Shown here one piece after another: positions 54,756-64,000 of a DNA stretch of 64,000 nucleotides (the first letter of the stretch is position 1; each line of letters opens with the position of its first letter). The stretch is from Gemmatimonadota bacterium (GTDB taxonomy: Bacteria; Gemmatimonadota; Gemmatimonadetes; Palauibacterales; Palauibacteraceae). The notes beneath the pieces were generated by a model, which saw only the letters and a list, made by a program, of their open reading frames with translations, had not been told where the DNA came from and searched no databases. The stretch is from the NCBI GenBank assembly GCA_965116475.1, contig OZ220691.1, positions 3,355,077 through 3,419,076 on the forward strand, given 5' to 3'. A program made the position numbers and the translations under genes.

Positions 54756-55118
54756 GTGGACACAGCGGGCGTTCTGACGGGCATCAGGAAGGGCAACCCC
54801 AGGTATACGGAAGCCGCATACCTGTTCCTGCTCTCCGCCCTCCAGCGCCGACTGTCCAGCCTGGAACTGCCTCGTCACATCAGCGGCGCCGAAGTCGCCG
54901 ACGCGGTCCGGGAACTCGCACTGGAGCGGTTCGGCCCCCTGGCGCGGACCGTGCTCGAGCATTGGGGCGTGCACGGCACGACGGACATCGGCGAGATCGT
55001 CTTCGCGCTGGTTGAATGTGGAGTGCTGATCAAACAACCCGACGATTCGCGAGAGGACTTCGAGGGGCTCTTCAGCTTCGACGAAGCTTTTGAGGACAGC
55101 TACCCCTGGAGCGCGTAG
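54756..55118 (+). CDS. Conserved hypothetical protein (small, helical)
   Basis: ORF with a GAGGTGAG-like ribosome-binding site and a GTG start. No family assignable from memory. Confidence 0.45.
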   Translation: MDTAGVLTGIRKGNPRYTEAAYLFLLSALQRRLSSLELPRHISGAEVADAVRELALERFGPLARTVLEHWGVHGTTDIGEIVFALVECGVLIKQPDDSREDFEGLFSFDEAFEDSYPWSA

Positions 55119-55148
55119 GGGAGGAACTGGAAGGGGAGGGGTGAACGC

Positions 55149-55346
55149 GTGGCCGATTCGGGGTCGTTCACGGAGTGCTTGAGTTGCTCGAAGGGGGTCC
55201 TGCTCCCGCTTTCGGACTATGGACGCGACGGGGCACCGATCCGGTACAAGGCATGGGTCTGCTCGAACCCCAACTGCGGGTTCAACATCCGGATCGACAA
55301 CGGTGAGATCAGCTTCGGACGCAACATCCAGCAGTCCTACAAGTAG
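55149..55346 (+). CDS. Small zinc-ribbon protein (CxxC...CxxxxC)
   Basis: 65 aa with TECLSC and CSNPNC. GGAGG-like ribosome-binding site about 10 nt upstream of the GTG. Confidence 0.4.
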   Translation: MADSGSFTECLSCSKGVLLPLSDYGRDGAPIRYKAWVCSNPNCGFNIRIDNGEISFGRNIQQSYK

Positions 55347-55386
55347 CCTCCCCGGCGGAGACTCCGCCGCCGCGCGGAGCCCCGCC

Positions 55387-56978
55387 ATGCGGGTTCCCGC
55401 ATGCCCGCCATCGGACTGGTGGCGCTATGCCGCCAGCGAGGTGTGGCTGCCCAGCGCGGCCGAGATGGGAGAGATCGACCGCGTCGCCGTCGACTCCGGG
55501 GCGATACCCGAACGCGCGCTGATCGAGAACGCCGGTCGGGCGTTGGCGCGCCACGTGCACGAACGGTTCCCGAACGGCCGTGTCGCGGTGCTCGCGGGAA
55601 GCGGCCACAACGGCGCCGATGCCCTCGTGGCCGGGCGGACGCTCTCTGCCTGGGGACGATCGGTCGGATTCGTCCGGTGCGGGAGCCGGGCCCCGGATCC
55701 GGATGTCCTCGCGGGCTGGCAACTGGATCTCGAACCGGCGGACGCGCTCCAGCGGGAACTCGCCGCGGCCGATGTCGTCGTCGACGGCATTCTGGGGACG
55801 GGCCTGACGACGGCGCCCCGGCCGCCCCAGGCGAGGATGATCGAACGCGTGAACGCGGCCCGCGCCGCCGTGGTCTCGGCCGATGGCCCCAGCGGCGTGG
55901 ACTTCACGACGGGTCGCGTGCCGGGGGCCGCGATCCGGGCCGACCTGACGGTGACGTTCGGGTGGCCGAAGACGGGCCTTCTGAGTTTCCCGGCGCGCGA
56001 GCGCATCGGCGACCTGATTTCCGTGGAGATCGGCTTTCCGCCGCCGGAGCGGCCGCCGTCGGCGCGGGCCGTGACGGCGGCATGGGTGGCCGGCCTCCTC
56101 GGTGTGCGGCCCGCCGATGGCCACAAGGGGGAGGCGGGCTATCTCGCGATCGTCGGTGGAGAGCGGGGCATGGCCGGCGCCGTCGTGCTTGCCGCCCGCG
56201 CCGCCATTCGGGCGGGGGCCGGCATCGTGCGCGTCGTGAGCGCCCCCGAGAACCGGGAGATCGTGCAGACCGGGGTGCCCGAGGCTGTGTTCGCGGACTG
56301 GTCCGTGCCGGAAGCCGTGCGGTCCGCGCTCAACTGGGCCGGCGCGGTCGCGGTCGGACCGGGCCTCGGAACGGGACCGGGGCGGGCCGAGTTGATGCGG
56401 CGCGTGCTGGAGAACGGGTCCGTCCCGCTCGTCCTCGATGCGGACGCCCTGAACGTGCTCTCGGCGGAGGCGCGGGCGCCGCTCGGTCCGCTGGCCCCGC
56501 GCCGCTCCGTCCTCCTCACGCCGCATCCCGGCGAGATGGCGCGGTTGCTCGGAACGTCGGTCGGCGAAGTGCGCGGGGATGCCCCGACCGCGGCCCGGCG
56601 GCTGGCGGACGCGACACGGGCGACCGTGCTGCTCAAGGGCGCGCCGACCTGGGTGGCCCGGCCGGGGGGCGAACTGCGCGCGACCACGCTGGTGAGTCCG
56701 GCGTTCGCGAGCGGCGGCATGGGTGACGTGCTGACCGGCGCGTGCGGCGCCTTCCTGGCCTCCGGCCTCGGCCCCGCCGACGCGGCGTCCGCTGCCCTGA
56801 CGCTCACGGCGCTGGCCGTTCTGCGCGGCGTGGACGAGATCGGCGGATCCGCGGCGGACGTCCCCGATGCGTTGCCGGACGCGCACCGGGCGCTGCGGCG
56901 ATTGCGGCCCGGAGCCTGGCCGGGGGTCAACCTCGCCCTCCCGGCCGTGCCGGCCGCCGCGGCCGCGGACCGGGGCGC

Positions 56979-56982
<4 letters not shown>
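55387..56982 (+). CDS. nnr: Bifunctional NAD(P)H-hydrate epimerase / ADP-dependent (S)-NAD(P)H-hydrate dehydratase
   Basis: N-terminal YjeF-N (VLAGSGHNGADALVAG) and C-terminal carbohydrate-kinase-like dehydratase (GGMGDVLTG). Confidence 0.8.
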
Positions 56983-60179
<3,197 letters not shown>

Positions 60180-60180
<1 letters not shown>

Positions 60181-60524
60181 TGGCGGAGGCGGCCAACCGC
60201 AGGCTCACGCGGGCCATCACGTTCATCGCCCTGATCGGGGCGGGTTACTACTGGATGGTGGGCGGAGAATACACGAGAGCCGGCCTGGAACGACTCGAAA
60301 GGGACATCGAATCGCGCAGAGCGGAGAATACGGCCCGCGAAGCTGAACTCGCGTCGATCCGCGCGTGGGCCGACAGTCTCGTGTCGAACTCCTGGGCGAT
60401 CGAGCGCGTGGCCCGGGAACGGTACGGTTTCGTCCGTCCCGACGAGATCCTGGTGCGGTTCGTCGAGCTGGGAGACGGAGGGGAGTCTCCCGCGCCGTCC
60501 CCGCAGGCGCACGCTCCTCCGTGA
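60180..60524 (+). CDS. ftsB: Septum formation initiator family protein (FtsB/DivIC-like)
   Basis: Single transmembrane helix plus coiled coil. The conserved eno-ftsB adjacency supports the call. Confidence 0.65.
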
Positions 60525-60604
60525 GCCGCGAACGCTCGCCGCTTTCCCCGCGGCTTGCCCCGAGCGCCACGAGGTGTAGGATAGCGCACCCACTTCACAA
60601 CCAT

Positions 60605-60678
60605 GGCAGGGTAGCTCAGCCTGGTAGAGCAAGGGACTCATAAGCCCTGGGTCGGGGGTTCAAATCCCCCCCCTGCCA
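60605..60678 (+). tRNA. tRNA-Met (anticodon CAT; tRNA-Ile2 lysidine not excluded)
   Basis: Cloverleaf folded by hand: acceptor GGCAGGG/CCCTGCC, D stem GCTC/GAGC, anticodon loop CTCATAA, T stem GGGGG/CCCCC with TTCAAAT loop, discriminator A. CCA is not encoded. Confidence 0.8.
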
Positions 60679-60684
60679 CTCGTT

Positions 60685-62172
60685 ATGGCGGCGCAACATG
60701 AACTCGGAGCCGGGCCCGTCCGGGCCCTCGTGCGGTTCTCCGGCGAGCTCTCGACCAAGGCGCGCCGGACGCGGTCGCGCTTCCAGAACCGGCTCGCGGC
60801 CAACCTGCGCGACGCGTTCGACGCCGAGGGGATCGACGCCGCGCTCGAGTCCGGCTGGAGCCGCTTCCACGTGGAGAGCCCGGACGCGGCCTTCCTCGAT
60901 CCGCTCCTGCGCACCTTCGGCGTGTCCAGTTGTTCCGTGCTGGCCGGCGAGTGCGAGGCGGACCTCGACGCGATCATCGCCACGGGCACGGCCCTCTTCG
61001 CCGAATCCGTCAGGGGCCGGAGCTACGCGGTCCGGGCGCGCCGCTCCGGTTCGCACGATTTCTCTTCCGCCGACATCCAGCAGCGTCTCGGGGCGGCCCT
61101 CAACCCCGGCGCCACCGTCGACCTCGGGAATCCGGACATCACCGTGTTCGTCGAGGTCCGTGACGAACGGGTCTTCTTTCACGAGGACAGGATCAGCGGA
61201 CCGTCCGGCCTCCCCCTCGGGGTGCAGGGACACGCCCTCGCCCTCATCTCCGGCGGCTTCGATTCGGCCGTCGCCGCCTGGATGGCGCTGCGCCGGGGGA
61301 TTCGGCTCGACTACGTCTTCTGCAACCTGGGCGGTAGCGCCTACGAGCGGATGGTCGTGGAGGTCACGAAGATCCTGGCGGATCGCTGGAGCTACGGGAC
61401 CCGGCCCCGGCTGCACGTCCTCGAGTTCGGCCCGGTCGTCGAGGCGATGCGGGCCCGCGCCAAGCCCGCGTACCTGCAGGTCGTCCTCAAGCGGATGATG
61501 TATCGGGCGGCGGCGACGATCGGCGAACGGACCGGAGCCGAGGCGATCGTCACGGGCGAGTCGGTCGGACAGGTCTCCTCGCAGACGCTCCGCAATCTCC
61601 GCGCGATCGAGAACGCCTCCTCGCTTCCGGTGCTGCGCCCCCTGCTCGGTTTCCACAAGGAGGAGATCCTCGACCGGGCGCGGGAGATCGGCACCTACGA
61701 GCTTTCCGCCCGCGTGCGCGAGTACTGCGACCTCGTGCCGCAACGGCCGGTCACCGCGTCGTCGCCGGAGGCCGCCGAGGCGCAGGAGTCGGCCGTCGGC
61801 CTCGAGGAACTCGACGGGGCGGTCGCCGGCGCGGCTGTGCACGATGTGCGCGCCCTGCGCCCGGAATCCATGGTCGGGGCGTCCCTCTACGTGGCCGACG
61901 TGCCCGACGGAGCGGTCATTCTCGACACCCGTCCCCGCGCCGCGTTCGAGGCCTGGCACTGGCCGGGGGCGACCCTCCACGACCTCCCACAGCTCGAGCG
62001 GGACTTCGGCGAACTCGATCGCGACGCGACGTACGTGCTCTGCTGTGCGGAGGGCGTGCGGACCGCCTACCTGGCCGAGGTCATGCAACGCGCGGGATAC
62101 GAGGCGTACTCCTTCCTCGGCGGGGCGCCTCGCATGCGGCGCGCCGCGCGGGCCGGGCCGGGGAGCGACTGA
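60685..62172 (+). CDS. thiI: tRNA 4-thiouridine(8) synthase ThiI (THUMP + PP-loop + rhodanese)
   Basis: PP-loop LISGGFDS and a C-terminal rhodanese with CAEGVRT. Confidence 0.85.
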   Translation: MAAQHELGAGPVRALVRFSGELSTKARRTRSRFQNRLAANLRDAFDAEGIDAALESGWSRFHVESPDAAFLDPLLRTFGVSSCSVLAGECEADLDAIIATGTALFAESVRGRSYAVRARRSGSHDFSSADIQQRLGAALNPGATVDLGNPDITVFVEVRDERVFFHEDRISGPSGLPLGVQGHALALISGGFDSAVAAWMALRRGIRLDYVFCNLGGSAYERMVVEVTKILADRWSYGTRPRLHVLEFGPVVEAMRARAKPAYLQVVLKRMMYRAAATIGERTGAEAIVTGESVGQVSSQTLRNLRAIENASSLPVLRPLLGFHKEEILDRAREIGTYELSARVREYCDLVPQRPVTASSPEAAEAQESAVGLEELDGAVAGAAVHDVRALRPESMVGASLYVADVPDGAVILDTRPRAAFEAWHWPGATLHDLPQLERDFGELDRDATYVLCCAEGVRTAYLAEVMQRAGYEAYSFLGGAPRMRRAARAGPGSD

Positions 62173-62212
62173 TCGCGGCCCGTTTTGACACCCCCGCCCA
62201 TGCGGGGCGAGC

Positions 62213-62977
62213 TTGGGCCGCATGAGCGGGAACGAGAGCGGCATGACGGCGGCCCTGGAAGCCGTGCGGCAGGGGGAAGTACCGACGCACGTCGCCGTCA
62301 TCATGGACGGGAACGGCCGCTGGGCGAGAGGGCGCGGCCTGCCGAGATGGGAAGGGCACCGCGCGGGCATGACGGCGGTGCGCGAGATCATCGAAGGGGC
62401 GGCGGAGGCCGGCGTGGCCCACCTCACCCTCTATGCCTTCTCGGATGAGAACTGGTTCCGGCCTTCGCTGGAGGTGGAAGCGCTGATGACGCTCCTCCAG
62501 GAGTATGTGAAGAGCCAGCGCGCATCGCTCGTCAGGCACGGCATCCGGGTCACCGTGTTCGGGGACCGGGTGCGGCTTCCGGAGGAGGCCCGGCGGGCGA
62601 TCTCGGAACTCGAAGCGTCGACGGAGGGAGGGACGGCCCTGGAGGTGCACCTCGCGATCAGCTACGGATCGCGGGCGGAACTCGCGGGGGTGGCGCGAAC
62701 GCTCGCGCAGCGCTGCCTGGAGGGCGAGCTGGCCCCGGAGGATATCGACGCGGAACGCTTCGGGGCCGAACTCCTGACGAGCGACTGGCCGGATCCGGAC
62801 CTCCTGATCCGCACCTCGGGCGAGCAGCGCATCTCCAACTTCCTCCTCTGGCAGCTCGCGTACGCGGAACTCTTCGTGACGGATGTCCTGTGGCCCGACT
62901 TCACCCGCGAGCACCTCTTCGCCGCGCTCGTCGACTACAGGCGCCGCGAGCGGAGATTCGGGCTGGTGAAGACGTGA
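62213..62977 (+). CDS. uppS: Isoprenyl transferase (undecaprenyl diphosphate synthase)
   Basis: HVAVIMDGNGRWA, ...LTLYAFSDENW... An alternative ATG lies at 62222. Confidence 0.85.
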   Translation: MGRMSGNESGMTAALEAVRQGEVPTHVAVIMDGNGRWARGRGLPRWEGHRAGMTAVREIIEGAAEAGVAHLTLYAFSDENWFRPSLEVEALMTLLQEYVKSQRASLVRHGIRVTVFGDRVRLPEEARRAISELEASTEGGTALEVHLAISYGSRAELAGVARTLAQRCLEGELAPEDIDAERFGAELLTSDWPDPDLLIRTSGEQRISNFLLWQLAYAELFVTDVLWPDFTREHLFAALVDYRRRERRFGLVKT

Positions 62978-62993
62978 GGCCACCGGGACCGGC

Positions 62994-63845
62994 ATGAGTC
63001 CGAACCTCCGCAAGAGACTCGCGGTCGCCGGTATCGGCGTTCCGCTCTGCGCGCTGGTCACCTACGCCGGCGGGGTTGTCTTCGTCACCGGGCTGGGCGC
63101 GGCGGCCGCGCTCGGCTACCGGGAATTCGCGGCGATGATGCGGGGGACGGGGACGCGGGTCCTCGCGCTGCCGGGAGCGGGGGCCGCGTTTCTCTTCCCG
63201 TTCGCCGTCTTCGCGGGCGGTGTCGAGGGCGGCGGAGTCTTTGCGGCGGGTCTGATGCTTGCCTTCCCCGCGCTCGCGCTCGCGACGGTGAAGCTCTCGG
63301 AGCGGCCGATCCGGGCCGCCGCCTGCACGACGTTCGGAGTCTTCTACGTCGGCGGGTTGCTGGCCCTGGGCGTCCCGCTGCGCGAAGGCGGACTTCTGCC
63401 TGCGCCCGGCGGCGATACGAGCGCCGGGCGGATGGCCGGCACGCTGCTCTTCTTCCTCCCGGTCGTCATCACGTGGCTTGCCGACACGGCGGCGTACCTC
63501 GGCGGGCGCGCGCTCGGGAAACGCCCGCTCGCGCCGCGCGTGAGCCCCAACAAGACGGTTGCGGGAGCCGTGTGCGCGCTGCTGGCGGGCGTCGCTACCG
63601 CCGTCCTCTATCCGCGATTCCTCCTTCCGGAGATCTGGGCGCCGGGCCTGGTCTCCACGCTGGCCTTCGGGCTCGTAGTGACGGGGCTGGCGATCATCGG
63701 AGATCTTGCGGAATCGGCCCTCAAGCGCGAGTGCGGGGTGAAGGACTCGTCGGGTCTGCTCCCCGGGCACGGGGGAATGCTGGACCGGCTCGATTCCATC
63801 CTGTGGGCCGTTCCGGCGGCGTTCCTCTTCCTCCTCTTCGCGTGA
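62994..63845 (+). CDS. cdsA: Phosphatidate cytidylyltransferase
   Basis: C-terminal ...SALKRECGVKDSSGLLPGHGGMLDRLDS... is a CdsA signature. Confidence 0.8.
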   Translation: MSPNLRKRLAVAGIGVPLCALVTYAGGVVFVTGLGAAAALGYREFAAMMRGTGTRVLALPGAGAAFLFPFAVFAGGVEGGGVFAAGLMLAFPALALATVKLSERPIRAAACTTFGVFYVGGLLALGVPLREGGLLPAPGGDTSAGRMAGTLLFFLPVVITWLADTAAYLGGRALGKRPLAPRVSPNKTVAGAVCALLAGVATAVLYPRFLLPEIWAPGLVSTLAFGLVVTGLAIIGDLAESALKRECGVKDSSGLLPGHGGMLDRLDSILWAVPAAFLFLLFA

Positions 63846-64000
63846 AGCACGTCGCCGTCCTCGGCGCCACGGGATCCGTCGGCGGGGGCACGCTCGAGGT
63901 GATCCGCCGCCACCCGGCGCGGTTTCGCGCCGCCGTCCTGACGGCGAACCGCAGCTGGGAGGCGCTCGACGCCCTCGCCCTCGACCGGGACCCGGATTTC
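63841..64000 (+). CDS. dxr: 1-deoxy-D-xylulose 5-phosphate reductoisomerase (5' partial, runs off window)
   Basis: VKHVAVLGATGSVGGGTLEVI... is a Dxr N-terminal NADPH motif. The GTG overlaps the cdsA stop. uppS-cdsA-dxr is a conserved order. Confidence 0.7.

Noticed and set aside
55347-55386. GC hairpin CGGCGGAG-A-CTCCGCCG after the zinc-ribbon ORF as a terminator
   Set aside because: The loop is too short and there is no downstream T-run. It is not convincing as an intrinsic terminator.
60588-60600. TTCACAA Rex half-site just upstream of the tRNA
   Set aside because: There is no matching TTGTGAA half 4 nt upstream. A single heptamer is expected by chance.

Overview
This window reads as a high-GC bacterial chromosome (by eye roughly 68-70% GC, not computed). 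It is densely packed and mostly plus-strand housekeeping operons. Many gene pairs are coupled by 4-nt ATGA/GTGA stop/start overlaps. The left ~17 kb looks more accessory. It holds metF, a DinB_2/YfiT-like protein, mtnA and three tightly spaced exported enzymes (S9 peptidase, TAT-signal FAD oxidoreductase resembling spermidine dehydrogenase, lipoprotein glutaminyl cyclase). It then has a visibly lower-GC AbiEi/AbiEii abortive-infection/type IV toxin-antitoxin pair with a palindromic operator, an aminotransferase, and a divergent NHEJ pair (PE-Lig-Pol LigD, frameshifted in this sequence, plus Ku). A penicillin/AHL-acylase family protein and a second DinB-family gene close this part. The remainder is core. 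In order it contains rpmE-prfA-prmC and a ylbF-like gene coupled to a CDP-alcohol phosphatidyltransferase and myo-inositol-1-phosphate synthase (inositol lipid module). Next come tmk, ctpA, a small lipoprotein, a DUF2064 protein, an asparaginase II-like protein, obg-dprA-hemW-hrcA-dnaJ and a minus-strand tkt-rpiB-tal pentose phosphate block. These are followed by rsmE-HIT-mutS2, dnaG, a zinc-ribbon protein, rsmD-coaD, a Pta-family gene and a STAS antagonist next to a fused pseudo-receiver/RsbW-like kinase/PP2C phosphatase. Then come ksgA, a perfect Rex box in front of rex coupled to a DnaQ-like exonuclease, and a thiolase-CPBP protease-hbd-acd-glyA block. Two small hypothetical proteins, nnr-thiL-plsC, eno-ftsB, one tRNA(CAT), thiI and uppS-cdsA-dxr (partial) finish the window. 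No rRNA, CRISPR array, integrase or transposase was found. I did not find an obviously unprecedented multi-gene system. The observations most worth a second look are the AbiE island, the self-contained partner-switching fusion, the LigD frameshift and two unusual chains of tandemly repeated mini-ORFs sitting exactly at gene junctions. The phylum cannot be fixed from the sequence; a Gemmatimonadota- or Myxococcota-like high-GC lineage is only a guess.
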